DNA from: an uncultured virus (IMG/VR IMGVR_UViG_3300005239_001603) | Lineage: Duplodnaviria; Heunggongvirae; Uroviricota; Caudoviricetes | DNA length: 49,000 nucleotides | Virus record (IMG/VR): IMGVR_UViG_3300005239_001603 | Strand: one strand, 5' to 3' | Shown: piece after piece, positions 32,801 to 46,401 of the stretch | How the letters are laid out: every line of letters begins with the position of its first letter | Position numbering within the stretch: the stretch's first letter is position 1 | The notes under the pieces: model-generated | The model's database searches: none | Seen by the model: the letters and a program-made list of their open reading frames with translations, nothing else | What the model was told of the DNA's origin: nothing | Translations under genes and position numbers: made by a program

Positions 32801-35800
32801 CACCAGAGAAAATGTTTTCTCCAATTGTAAAGGCGTCTCCACTATATTCATAATAGAAATCAATTGTTGTAGTTCCTACAGCAACAACAGTTGCATTGAT
32901 GTCAGACACAACTCCTCTAATGCTACCACCAATCAGTGGGAAAATGCCACTAATATTGGTAAGGTCCATTCTATAGATAGTTTTGAAACCTAATGTAGCA
33001 GTAGCATACTGAACATTAGCGGGAGGTTGTGGTGGTGAAGCAAATACTACATTAGAACCCTGTACTGTAAATGCTTCTTCTGGAGACTGTACAATACCAT
33101 TAAGAGTAATAATCAGTTGATTTGCAGCTGCAATAACTGGTTCAGTTACTGGATTTCCATCCCCATCTCTATTTTCTACTTCAAGTGGGAATGAAATTCT
33201 TTCACCATCAAATAGTTGAGAAATATCATTAATTTTCTGTACCGTGGAAGTTAGAATCTGCTCAGAAGAAGTTAGATTCTTTTGGCGGAAACGAACCTCA
33301 GTATTATCAAAGTCAGTATAAACTGGTTCAACTAGAGTGAAATTCTGAAGATTCGGAACGATAGCAGATTCTGCCAAGTTTACCGACTTAGTAAGTTCAA
33401 AACTAGTAGTCTTATTTTCAATAGTACCACTCTCAACTAGACCAAGTTCTCCAAAGACTTTAAATCCGCCAGGGTGAACATTAGTAGTAAGAATTTCTCT
33501 CCAATCAGAAATAGGTACAGGTGCTTGAACACTGTATGAGAAATCCTGATAGAAGTAAGAATCTTGAATCTTCTGAATAATTTCTGAAGGTTTGCCAATA
33601 TCATCAATAAATCTACCAGGAGTTGAAGTAATGGCACCAACTTCCAGAACACCTCTAGCGATGCTTAGGTTATCAATAGTACCAGATGCCTTAGAGATTG
33701 TACCAGTAAGTCTTTCCTGACTAGTAAAGGTTCCAGTGTAATCTACAATTTTAAGGATTCTCGGACCTTCTTGCCAACCATCATTATTGGACACATATCC
33801 AAATGCAGTTGCTTGCTCCTGAGTTTCTCCTTGATATACATATTCGCCTGCAAGGAAACGACCAGTGATTACATTGGCAGAAGCAGCACCACCGAACGAG
33901 TCGGTAAGCAGTTGTTGGCGTCCATCACCAGCATTAGTAAAGGAAATGAAATCACCGATAGCAGCATTGTCTGCAGTAAGGGAAAGTCTCAATTGGTCAT
34001 CTTCAAGAGAATTACCAATACCCGAAATAGCATAGTATGTCGTTGCGGTATTCAATCTACCGAAAGATGAGATTGGAAGTGCTGGATCAACACCAGATCC
34101 ATCATCATTTACGTTAACAGTAACAGCAGCACCGTTAGTAATACCATGAGGGAAAGAGAACTGAAGTAAGTTCAGGTCAAGGTTTACAACATAGTTGAAC
34201 TGTGATTTGAGTGAAACTGTGGGCTGTGAAGAATATCCTGCTCCAGGATCTTTAACTTCAATTTGATCAATACGACCGTTTCTGATAGTTGCTTCAGCAG
34301 TAGCTCCGTTTCCGCCGCCGCCAGCAATTTCTACTGCTGGAGGTGTTGCATATCCAGAACCAGGATCGGTAACAGTGATGCTATCCAGAATACTGGTACT
34401 AGTCAACTGAACGTTAACTGGGAAAGTGATCTCAGGACGTAGAGTATAGTCATGAGTATAATCAAAACCAAAGTTATTATTCTTAAGTTTTTTAATTTTT
34501 CCAATTTCGTCTGCCTTAACAAAGACAGATGCTCCATTACCATTGGGTGGAATAACAACCTTTAAGTCTGCACCAGATCCAGCAAGACTAGATCCAAGGA
34601 TTCCTGCAATAGATTCAATATCAATGAATGCTGTGGTGTATGCTTTACCAGGATCAGTAACAACAATTCTGCTAATTTGACCTGGGATAACTCCCCCTTC
34701 ATCATCAGTACCATCTTCTACAGTAATATTGACTTTTCCTCCTTCACCATCACCACTAATACTAACACCAGTATATTCACCTACAGCATATTCAGTTCCA
34801 GGTTCAGTAATCTCAACTCTTTCAATTTTACGATTTGAAATGATATCGGAGACAACTGGTAACTTAGTATAGAATCCACCACCACTAATGAGACGAATCT
34901 CACCAATTGGACCAGCAGCTGCCTTAGAATAGGTAGCATATGTAGTTCTGGATGCAGTAGCAGTACTTTCAGTTTCATTTAGAAGAGGGAACTTGAAGAT
35001 AGTAGCCCCAGTAGTAATAGTAGCACCATCTAAACGATTGAGAACGAAGTTACCCTTATATGGAGATGTTACTACATCCAAGTAAGTTCCTTGATCTACA
35101 GGAGAAGTATCTCCAACTCTAGATGGATCAAAGTAATATGAAATGTTAGTAACATCATTTGCAACTGACAACTGAACATATGGTTCAGGATCAGATCCAG
35201 CTTGAATTCCAGGTGTGCCAACTCTCTGAATAGAGTTGAAGGAATACTCTAGTTTGAATAGATTATCTTTTGAGAATGAGAAGAAATACCCTTCCAGTGA
35301 AGGGTCGCCCATCATAAATTGATACTTATGATTGTAGAACAACTGAAGCACAGGATGCTTCGTAAAGATCTCAATACTAGATGCAGTTGATAGCGCAGCA
35401 GTTGCAATACTTCTCAACGTAATTGCATATTCTCTAGAAGAAATTAACTGGGATACTGAGAATGATCCATTGAACTGAGCATCAGAATTTCCAGTAATGA
35501 AAAGATTATCTCCTAAGTTTAGTCTATGAGCCTTTTCAGTCTTAACAAATACTCTATCGGTATTATTGACGGCAGTAATCTGAAGAATCTTGTCCAGGTT
35601 GGTGACCAGAGTAACTTCAGTAACAGCAGTCAATCCACTAATTGTTAACTGAGATCTATCTGCATTATAAGTAACCTGATCTTCTGTTGGTGTGATTACA
35701 CTACCGATAATATATGGAGATCCTGCAGGTGCAGTATTATCAATTCTTATACTAAAATCTTCTTGTGCATAAGTTTTGAATCTTGCATCTGTTCCAACTG

Positions 35801-38800
35801 GAATGTCAAAGATAAATGTACCTTGTGTTGTTGTAAATGGTACATTTGGAAATATTGATGAAGCAATTGTATTTGATTCTAGTCCACTAGAAGTAATTTC
35901 TCCACTGCCAGCAAATCCTTGCCAGGTGCTTTCGTTACCATACTGAGCAATGAAGATACCAGAATCGGTAATATCAATAATTGTACCAAGTCCCAGAGTT
36001 TGTCCTGCTGAATTAATCTGAGTTAATACAGACCCAACGTTAAGATTGTAAGTTTGATTTAAAGTAAGTCTTAAAACATTATCTGCTTGAACAGTATTGG
36101 TAACCTTAATATAAAACTTACCAAAAGTTGTGGTAGTTGCTTTTACCTTTTTACCACCAAGAGCAGGAACAGTTGCAGTTCTTGAAGACCAAACATCAGC
36201 AACAGAAGTAAGAGTTACACTATCAAGAACAAGTGAAGAGTTTACATCATTATAATCTAGAACTTGAAGACCTTCAGAAGCAAGAGTAACCGCTGCAGAT
36301 GTAACTGGTTGATTGATAGTAGATGGATATGTATATGATGCAGTAGTAAAGTGGAAATTACTATTAGTTCCAACAAACGTACCCTGACGAGAAAGATCAA
36401 TATTCTTGTCAGTTTTTAAAATGATTGAAGTATCTTCGGTGTAATGATATGTCTTATAGTACTCATTATATTCAGATGAAACCGAAGGTACAGAAATAGT
36501 TCTGACTCTATCAGTAATTCTCAGACCATCAACATCAAAAGATCCTGCAGATTCAATAGTAAATCCACTAGCAGCACCAGTCCAATTAGGAACATTACCC
36601 AGATAAATTTTAGCAGTACTTGGGATAGTTAATGCTGGAAGTGAACCACTACCAACAGATGTTCCATCAGCATAAATGGTGAACAAGTTTCCATTTTTGG
36701 TTACAGCAATATGAACATATCCAGCATCATTAGCAATAATTCCACCTACAGTAGTAATTGGTGATGCAGTTCTAGTTGTAGTAGCAGAAACAAAGAGTTT
36801 CAGTGCCTTATTGGAACGATCTAACTGAAGAGCAAGACCTGGAGTATTTCCATCACCGATTGCCAGTAATGTATGATGAGTTGATCCAAGTCCACCAAGT
36901 CTACTGTCTTGAAGTACAGTAGTCTCAGTTACGCCAAACCAACCTTCAATAGTCCAATTATTATTAGGATTAAAGGTATCGGCATATCCATAAATTCCAG
37001 TATTATTTTCTGGATTGATTACAAAGTGAGTATCTGACCAAGCAGATCCATCATGAGCATCAATCCTGAGAGCACGGGTGCTTCCTACTCCAGTAGGTGC
37101 TCCACTAGCAATATTAGAACCTGTATAGTAGTCACCAATAATATTTCTATTGGTAATGTTACCAGTAGTATCAACAGGTTCTGTTTCTGTAGTTGCTTCA
37201 AAATCAAATAGAGCAACAACTTCGTTGCGATATCCTTGTCCGACTACAATTGGATCACCAGAACTGTCTGAGGAAATATCATTGACTTCAAAACCGACAA
37301 TATTACGATCCAAACTGATCTTATTGCATTTAACTACACTACCATCATATTTGAACTTAACAACCTCACTCTGCTTTCTAAATGCTTCTGAAGTTGATGT
37401 AGATTCATTAATCTCATAGTTTATTGCAATATTATAATTACCAAATACATCAACATTGCCACCGATAACTTGAAGATTTCTGAAAGTTCCCAATGGAGTA
37501 ATTCTCTTACCCCAAGTAACAGTTCCTGCAGGAGTTACTTTACCAACAAAAACTCCAATAGGATTAGATCCAGAATAAGAAGTACCTGCGATTAAGAAAT
37601 CTCCAAATTCATCTAAATCAAATCTAGCATCCCAAAGATTGTAACTAGTAGTAGTAAAGTTTTGAACACCATCTATAACTAGAGCAAACTGTGTCGCTTC
37701 ACACGTTACAATTGCGGCAGACTTTACTGCGCTAGTAGTATCGGGAGCAATTTCTAAAAGAACGTAGAATTTGTTATTATCTGGATTGTATACAATATCT
37801 CTAACTTTCTCGGAATCGCTTGCAGTAGCAACTTTTCTTTTCTGCTGAATACCTAAGTTTTCGTTAAAGATAATTAAGAATGCATCAAAAGGATTACTGG
37901 AGTTTGTATTAGTATGACCACCAATGGCCCACTTATTTTCTCCAACTTTACAGATTGCTTGAACTTCATCCAAACGAGTAGAACCAGAAATACCAGCAAG
38001 TTCTTTTTGGAATTGAATATTAACACTAGAACCAGAACTATTCTGATTAAACTTCATCAATACAATATCAGGATTGTAATTGACGTTTAGTGCATTGGGT
38101 TTAGTTGTACCAGTAACATATACATCCAAAGAAAGACTTGTTTCGTCTACTGTGATTGCTTTAAAATCACAGAATGTATCCGCTCCACTAGGTTGTTCAG
38201 ATCTAGCAGTTTTTTGCCAGATGATATCTCCAGATGGTGAGTACTTAGCAACAAAACCGACTCTGTTGTTAAATTCATCTAAACTATTACCACAGACATA
38301 AATTTCTTTAGTTATGTCGCTGGTATAGGTAGAATTGATTACAGTATTGTTTAGATTTTGAGTACCATTAATAAAATATTCAGATTTCTTAAATTCTTGT
38401 GGATGTGAAATAATCAATCTTGGATTTTCGGTAAATCCATTACCAGATTTTTCAATATTAAAAGTAGAAACAGTACCATTGCTGACATTGATTATAGGTT
38501 TGATATCAGCATGTTGTCCATCACCATCAATTTCAACAGTGATAGGAACATCATCATTATAACCAGTACCAGTTTGAGTTACTACAATTCTCTCAACACC
38601 ATTTACGACTTTGACCTTATACTGTCTATTTTCATTAGAAATATTAGGATCATAGAGCATTTCAACTCTATCACCAACTGACAGTTCATGTGGTCCGTCA
38701 GTTTGAACTACTCCATGAGGAACATCATCAATAAGTTCTGTGGTATAAGAAGAAACATCTTTACCTTGAATAGTTTTGATAGTTGCCGATATTCCATAAC

Positions 38801-41800
38801 CGCCAGTCTCAGTATCATCAAATACTAATCTATCATCAACCTGATAACTATCGCCAGGGTTTTCTACTACAAATGCATTTACTTTAGCATCTTCAAACTT
38901 GGTAATAGTTTCAACTTCAATGTCAACTTTAGAATCAAATCTAACTTTAGGGAAGTAATCAAACAATTCAAGTTTATTTTCTTCCAGTAAAGAACCAACA
39001 TCATTCAGTTCTTCAGTTACATTATCCTCAAGTTCCGTAGTTGCTCTAAATCCAACAAACTCAATATCGGTGATATTTGCACTACCTTGCGATACACCAT
39101 CGCTATCGGTGTAAGTAAAGTCCAATCCAATATATTGATCGTAAGTCTTATCAAAAGCTGGAATGAATTTTTCTACCGATACAATACGTCCAAGTACAGT
39201 ACTATTGGTAATTCCATTTTGCAATACTTGGAAATTTAAAATACCAGTAGATGCTGCATATTGACTATCAGTAGTAACGTATGCTGGAATAGTGTAGGTT
39301 TGACCTACTGCCATAGTAATTGTATTTTGATCAAACGTTAAACGGAATACTCTATCATCATTTCTAGTTGCAAGACGTACTAAAGGAGTTATAGGATTTC
39401 CATCGTCATCGGTTTGATAATTGGTATCAATTACATTATCTCCATCAGCATCTTCCCAAATAGGTTCAAATGTAAGTTCTAATCCATCTTCGGTGGTTAA
39501 AAGGTCCGCAGTAGCATTAGGTTGACGTTCAACATCAATATCAACATTTTCGTAAGGGTCACGATAACGGATAACACCAACAGGAATATTTTGCTGAGTT
39601 GCAGATGCTAAAAGGTTCCAACTATCAACACTAGAATTGAACTGTGGTCCAATAATGTATGGATATACAGAATTTCCTTCTGCAGTTGCGTCAATGCAAA
39701 TAAAGTAAGAATAGACACCATCAGGGAACTCAGGAGTCTTGCCAAAACGACCATTGTAGCGGTCTAAGTCACCTTCTCCGAAGGTATACTCATAATCTTC
39801 TACAAAGGTGCCTGCAGCATCACCTGAGAGCAAAGGACCACCAGTTCTAATTGGATTTGGATTGGTCTGTGCATCAAGAACCAATTCAGACCTCAATTGG
39901 TAACTTGGTTCTAAACGACGGACATTTGAACTTTGATTAGTTGGGTCACCATATCCGTAAGGACCATAAATTGGGTTACCATCAAATGCCCATCCAATGA
40001 TTGGAGAGTGAGTAATGTTTGCTGTGGCTTCAGTTAAATTCCCATTAGAATCCTCAAGAAGATTATCTCCAAGAACAAATCTCAGTCTCTTGGGATTGGT
40101 AAAGTGTGCATACTCACCACCATACTGGTTATTAAATCCAGAAAATACAGAACCTTGAGCATTATCAAGAGTAGTATTAAATGCAAGATTATAATTCCAA
40201 TCTTGAACAGTTGCTTGGAATTCTGCATTGGATCCTACAGAACGTAAGATAATTACAGTAGTACCAGATTCATAGTTAATACCTCTATTGGAAATTGAGA
40301 TACTTGTAACACGTCCAGCGTTCTCCCCATCAGTATCAATATTTGCTCTAGCAATAGCACCAAAACCATTACCATAAATTTCTACTTCTGGAGGAGTTGT
40401 ATATCCAAAACCAGCGTTAATAACAGCAATAGAGATGATACGACCATTTTGTACAATTGCTTGTGCTTGAGCACCAGAACCAGAACTTAACGTTACTGTA
40501 GGTTCTGAGGTATATCCAGTTCCTGTATTAGTCAGATTGACAGCAGAAATAGGTCCTCTAACTGATGCCGTTGCAGTAGCACCTGATCCACCACCACCAA
40601 CAATGGTGATTTCAGGTTTGGAAATATAACCAGTACCACCATCAGTGATAAGAATTCTAGATACTACACTATTGGTAACAACAGCAGTTGCTGATGCTCC
40701 AGAACCACCACCACCAACAATGGATACTAGAGGAGGTTCAGCATAGTTAGTACCAGTATTATCAACATCAATACTGGTAATAGAACCATTAATAACTACT
40801 ACTCCAGCAGCATCATCTCCATCCCCACCAGAAATAGTGAGAGCTGGTGGAGAAGCAGCATCATATGAATCACCCTGAGAGGTAATATTGATTGCTGTAA
40901 GTTTTCCGAAGATTTTTTTCAGATCAGACTTATAAGACCAGATAGATACTCCATTTACCCAAGATCCAATTGGACCAGGTTTGATTGTATCTTTTGTTGA
41001 AATTGTTTGAGATCTTCTAGGGAATCTCAATAGTTTACGCTGATTACCAGGAATTAGTGCTTGTCCTGCGAAAGGACCAATCTTATAATTGGGTATACCA
41101 GAAGCAGCAATGTAAACATAATTATCATTGAAAAATGCATTCTGAATATTTGTAGTGTAAATGCTAATAACATTATTAATAGATTCAATATCAGACTTAC
41201 CCCTGTTAAGGTCAACCGAAATTAGAATATTTCCTTGAGGAACAGTAGCAGCAGGTTGAACTAACTCATATTTAAATACAGTCGTAGACTCTCTAGATTG
41301 TACAAAATACGTGCCATTAAAGAGAATTGGGTTTGCGCCATAAATGGTTACTTGGTCTCCAACCAAAAGACCGTGTGGGTTGTTGCAATATACAGTAGCA
41401 GTTCTATTATTAACGCCACCAAACTCAATACGATCAACAGAAACAAGTTTCTTTACATTATAATTCCAAGTGTTTAGTAGTGGAGTAGTTTCAGATGCGC
41501 CTAACTTAGAGACGGTTAGTTTATCTCCAGGAAGATAATAAGTACCATCATCAGTCAGTGTGGTATTTTCCGCTTTAATAATACCGACAACGTTGACTGT
41601 TACTTGTGTTGGCAGTCCATAGTTGACATATGCATAAAAATTGGAAGTAACTTCCGTAGCTGCATCCCAATCTTCAACAATATTATTTACTGAACGAGTA
41701 CACTCAATAAACTGGTTAAGTGATTTCTCCTTATAGCGGATAANNNNNNNNNNNNNNNNNNNNNNNNNNNNNNNNNNNNNNNNNNNNNNNNNNNNNNNNN

Positions 41801-44302
41801 NNNNNNNNNNNNNNNNNNNNNNNNNNNNNNNNNNNNNNNNNNNNNNNNNNNNNNNNNNNNNNNNNNNNNNNNNNNNNNNNNNNNNNNNNNNNNNNNNNNN
41901 NNNNNNNNNNNNNNNNNNNNNNNNNNNNNNNNNNNNNNNNNNNNNNNNNNNNNNNNNNNNNNNNNNNNNNNNNNNNNNNNNNNNNNNNNNNNNNNNNNNN
42001 NNNNNNNNNNNNNNNNNNNNNNNNNNNNNNNNNNNNNNNNNNNNNNNNNNNNNNNNNNNNNNNNNNNNNNNTGCCGCAGATGGTTTAATGATCTGCTCTT
42101 TTGGATAATTACACTAACATCTTCACCATACAGAATTTTAAAGAGATACTGAATGGATCTTTGAGTACCTTTTGATGCATAGAAGGTACGAATATTTTTT
42201 ATGACCGTATTGATATTAATCTTCTTAAGGTCAATTTTTGGAATGTCTGGAAGATACTGCTCAGTAAATTTAGTGAGCATTTTTTCAATGAATACCCCAT
42301 CAAGACACTCAACTTCAGTAGTAAGTGCGGAATGTGCTGCAGGAACAGTATTATCTTCATATATTACGTTACCATCACTATCATATCCAACAATAGCCGA
42401 GACACCACGAGAGCATCCAACGAATTGTGCTTTGGTATACTCAGATCCATTTTCAACTACACGGAATCCAGTCACTTCACCGAATCCAACTTCCGCAGAA
42501 GCGTTGGCAGAAGGGGGTCTTTGAATAACAACTCTGGGTGGATTTGCGGGATCGTATCCAGTACCAAAATTCGTGATATTCAAATCCGTAATTTGTCCGT
42601 TAAAGATGGATGCTACCGCAGTAGCACCAACTCCACCAATATATGCTCCAGAAGCATCCTTTCTGTTATCTACAATATAGATGGACGGAATGTCAACATA
42701 TCCAGAGCCACCAGATAGCAATTCAATATCAATTACCCTACCAGTACTATCAACAGAAACATCAAGAATCTGAGCAGCACCAGGATCAATTACAGCAACC
42801 CTAGGGGATGCAGTATACCCTCTTCCACGATTAGTGATCGTATAACCTGTTACAGTGCCGTCTGCGATAGTTACATTGATCTCTGCTTGTACTGGATCTG
42901 AACCAGTTGGAGCATCAACGTATACTGATGGGGGAACAGTATATCCAACACCACCAGAAGTAATTTGAATTGAGTCCGAATTCAAAGATCCATTGACATC
43001 AACTGTTGGATATGTAAGTACGCATCCACCAGGATCTTTAAATGTAATTCTAGGTGTGAATGTAAAATTACTTCCAGAGTCGTCAAGAGTAACTGAAGTA
43101 ACAGTTCCGTTTTCAACTATAGCGGTAGCTTTAGCCCTAATTCCACCAGCTGCGGTGGGAACTTCAATATCTACAATAGGAGGGTTCAAATCACTGTATC
43201 CCGCCCCACCACTCAAAAGAGGTAAAGTTTTGATTCCATTGACTAGAGAGTATGCAGCTGCTCCGCCACCACCTACGGTAGTTACAATATTAACTGCTGG
43301 TGGATACTGAATCCTATAGTTAGAACCACCAGATTTTACACGAATTCCGCTAAGTTCTCCATTTGTTGCAATTTGTGCTACAGCAGAAGCTCCACTACCA
43401 AAACTACTGATAGGTGCCTCAATAGAAGCGATATATATTCCCTGATCTGGAGTAGGGGCAGATGTAAGTTTTAGGATATTATTAATTCCATCACTTACAA
43501 TAGTAAAATCAACAAAAGGAACTAGAAGCTTATCCCCAATGATGATATTAAGATATACATCAAGAACTGGGTTATACTTTACTCCATTAGTCTGAATTAA
43601 AAATTCTTTCTTTGCAGAATTAAACTGACTAGAAACATCATCTAATACTTGAATCGCATCTTGAAGAAAACCTTTCAGGTAAAAAATACCAGTCTGTTCA
43701 ACAGAATCTGATGGGTTTGGCGATCTTGGAGGATCGGTGAAGATAATATCAGTACCAGAAATTATAAAATCAACATTAGGGACCTGATACTTGCCAAACA
43801 ACCTTACGACAACATGATCTGGTGAGGGTGCAGAAACAGGATTATTTTCCGAACGTAGTGGGAAAGACCTTTGTACACCATTAAAGTTTAAATATGGACT
43901 TTGAAGTTCAATCCATTTTTCGCGAAATTCTTGATAAGAAACTCCATCAGTTAGAGAAATTTCTGGTGATTTATCTGCTCTTTCATAGTAAACAATTTCA
44001 TCATTGATTAAAAGACTTCCGTTGTCTTGAAGGAAGTTATCTACACTTTCAACCGTGATAATATCAGATGTTGCGCTAACATCTTCAAGTAATGAAGTTT
44101 TACTCTGGATCAGTCCAAAGTCATAACTGTCAATATCTAAGTAAGACTTGAGTTCGTTGAGAATATTTTGAGGTTGACCTGTTTTCTCTTGAGACTTATA
44201 GTAATATTCTAAAAACTTCTCAAATGCAGGAAAATCTGATTTTATAAAATCAGGAAGTTGATTCAGAATATTCTGAGAGACCTTATTTGGGTTAGTCGTC
44301 AT
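23861..44302 (-). CDS. Giant multidomain virion/baseplate structural protein (~6,800 aa), spanning two N gaps and a frameshift near 42110
   Basis: ORFs 41687..44302, 30549..41366 and 23861..31162 form one gene. N-terminus MTTNPNKVSQNILNQLPDFIKSDFPAFEKFLEYYY..QE, then IKNIRTFYASKGT..SI.YLFKILYGE. The shifted frame gives YPKEQIIKPSA, and the frame stays open through 41743..41367 (IRYKEKSLNQFIECTRS...). It also contains KIQDSYFYQDFSY...VHPGGFKVFG. It follows gp6, like cyanophage giant wedge proteins. Confidence 0.82.
27400..28325 (-). repeat. Three copies of a beta-rich module (Y...G.L......H.....I......L.FTC..D.....YPR..DP) in the giant protein
   Basis: YDPTSGDL..SLTFTCSSDN..YPRQTDP; YDAGNGVL..SLTFTCTSDG..YPRSGSDP; YVPSTGVL..SIVFTCGLDN..YPRSSDP. 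Confidence 0.85.
28730..30590 (-). repeat. Tandem ~150-190-aa alpha-helical repeats with CxRD and C-x-[DN]-V-x-S-A-I motifs (phycobiliprotein-like)
   Basis: Three copies carry YCLRD/RCKTD/KCVRD...D[LI]..[GT]G[NS] and PYCANVASAI/GGCADVKSAI/RDCTNVRSAI. A fourth, partial copy runs into the gap at 30591. Confidence 0.75.
30591..31046. other. Assembly gap (N run, 456 nt)
   Basis: Run of N inside the giant gene. The flanking frames differ. Confidence 0.99.
41744..42071. other. Assembly gap (N run, 328 nt)
   Basis: Run of N inside the giant gene. Confidence 0.99.
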
Positions 44303-44320
44303 TGAAGTATATTATGCGAA

Positions 44321-46400
44321 TCAGAAACAAGAGATATTATTAAGACCACCCGTATTGCCAATGTCAATCGGAGTGATTACAGCAGGCACGACTGCATACT
44401 GTTCAGGCGTAAGATTATTTAGCGGAATTGTAGATGGTGGTTGAGTTCCGACAGGTACAATTGTGATAGATGGTATTGGAAGAGAAATAACAGTTCCAGA
44501 CGTAGCAGGTTTAATATTTGATACGTTTGAAGGGATAATTTGAACAGGAAGTACACCAGGAGTTCCAGTTCCATCGTCACCACCATCGCCACCAGGAGTT
44601 GGATCGCTAGTTCCTCCACCATCGCCGCCATCAGTGTCTCCATCGCCCGTGCCAGGATCAACTGTGACTAGATTACCACCATCACCATCTGGTTTTAATA
44701 GTGATACTGGACCAAAACAAATTTTTCCTGTTGAGTAATCTACAGTACCAGCAGTGTTATTAGTATATACTTTACTAGAACCACTATTGTAATATGTTCT
44801 CAAGTTACCATAACCATCATCTTCAAAATATTGAATGACCGTTGGCCTATCAGTAGTAATAAATTGACCAGAAGCAATTACAGGTTCTTTATAGCATGTT
44901 CCCTCACCATTATCACCACCACCACCACGGGATGGATTTGAGTCGTAAATAGGAGAACCAAAATCAGTACAGTAAGTGTTTACAGTTCCAGGATTAACAT
45001 TAAGGTATTTTACAAGGGTAGTTTGTACAGATGCAGAGTCAACTGCCGTATCTGCAAGTCCAATTGCTTTTTGATACTTAGAAAGAGAGAAAGTGGATCC
45101 AAAGTTATTAATGTTCTCTTGATTAGCATATTGCTCAACTGCTCCAAGAACCAATCCTTGCAATTCCGAAATACTCTTACTAGTTTTAGTAGGATCGTAA
45201 AATACAAACAAAGAAGTAGCAACATACAGAAATTCTGCATCAATAACTACAGGTTCAATAGATGCCATTGCATATTGCTTTAAATCCTTAGCAATTGTCA
45301 ATTTAGTCGCATTATTAAGTTGGTTTCCTGTTTGGTCTTAATAGTGACGTAAACTTTTCCATAAACTGGCGGAGAAAGTTCATCTCCACCAAACGCAATT
45401 ACAGACTGTGCGTTAGGATACACTTTTTTCGCAATAATACTATAATCTTGAGCAGTTACTGCGCGAAGTTGAGTAGTATAATCTCTAGGAGCAGTATATT
45501 TGATAGATTCTACGCTTTCTGGTTTATCTCCCATTTGGGAACGCTCAGTAACGCGGACAGCACTATCAATATCAGCAATCGGTCGCCCATACTGATCTGT
45601 TAGTTCCCCAACAAAGTTAAAAGAACTAATATCGTTCGCTAGCTCTTCATGAGTCTTGAGATATGAAATACTAATAACTTCTCCATCTTCCAACTTCCTA
45701 CCAATAACATTATCACCAAAAGTCAAGTCATATCTACTATCTTCAGTTTCTGTCAGAAAATATACCCTAGAAGTTGCTGTAATTGTGGTAATATCTACTC
45801 CCTTCACATAAACGTCTTCTTGAGTTGACTGAGCGTTGGGTTTTACAGTTACTGTTATCGTAGTATCGTCAATCTTATCCGTTGGGATGACATAATTTTG
45901 TTTCTTAAATGAAGATACAGTATACTTATAGGTTAATAGAGTACCTTCACGAACAAGCACATTGGAAAATACTGCTTTACCTGTATTATCTGTCGGTTGA
46001 ATTACATCTATCAAAGAAACGAAATTATAATCGCCTCCAGTAACGATCGTACCTTTTTTTAGAACAACATACTGGGGAAATACATCATTTAAAGTTTCAG
46101 TCTGAACATCAAAACCGATACATGCTTTTGCTGCCCTAGAAGACCTAGGAGTATAGTTTAAAAGTTTAGCAATCGCTACTACATTATCTCTTACTGTAGC
46201 AGAAGAGAGAAATGCCTCATTGATTGCCATGTTAGCATTAAATGCTCCATAGTAAGTATTATAAGCAAGAACATCAATCAGATATGATAGAGTTGAACCC
46301 TCAAATCAAAATCTGTGAATTCTGGACGAGTTCGCAAATAATCTTTGATAGAAGCTTTGATGGAATTAAAATCCATCGCTGTAAGATCTGTTGGAATCAT
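44321..46400 (-). CDS. gp6: Baseplate wedge subunit gp6 (~690 aa), split by 1-nt deletions near 46305 and 45330
   Basis: ATG at 46400: MIPTDLTAMDFNSIKASIKDYLR..EFTDFDFEGSTLSYLIDVLAYNTYY, then NEAFLSSATVRDNVV.IAKLLNYTPRS, FGDNVIG, ESVESIKYTAPR...QLRAVTAQDY, YGKVYVTIK and GTVDYSTG. Confidence 0.93.
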
Positions 46401-46401
46401 G

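Noticed and set aside
39400..39465. EF-hand-like EDADGDNVID motif in the giant protein
   Set aside because: It is a single short acidic motif without visible flanking helices, too weak to call Ca2+ binding from sequence alone.
9591..42071. N runs as possible hidden introns, inteins or mobile elements
   Set aside because: Their content is unknown and their lengths are estimates (frames disagree across two of them). No intein, homing-endonuclease or intron signatures are visible at the flanks.
40260..43400. Recurrent accaccacc/ccagaacc DNA repeats resembling an array
   Set aside because: They encode Gly-rich GGGG.GA and G.GY protein motifs with irregular spacing and divergent sequence. This is not CRISPR or a non-coding repeat.
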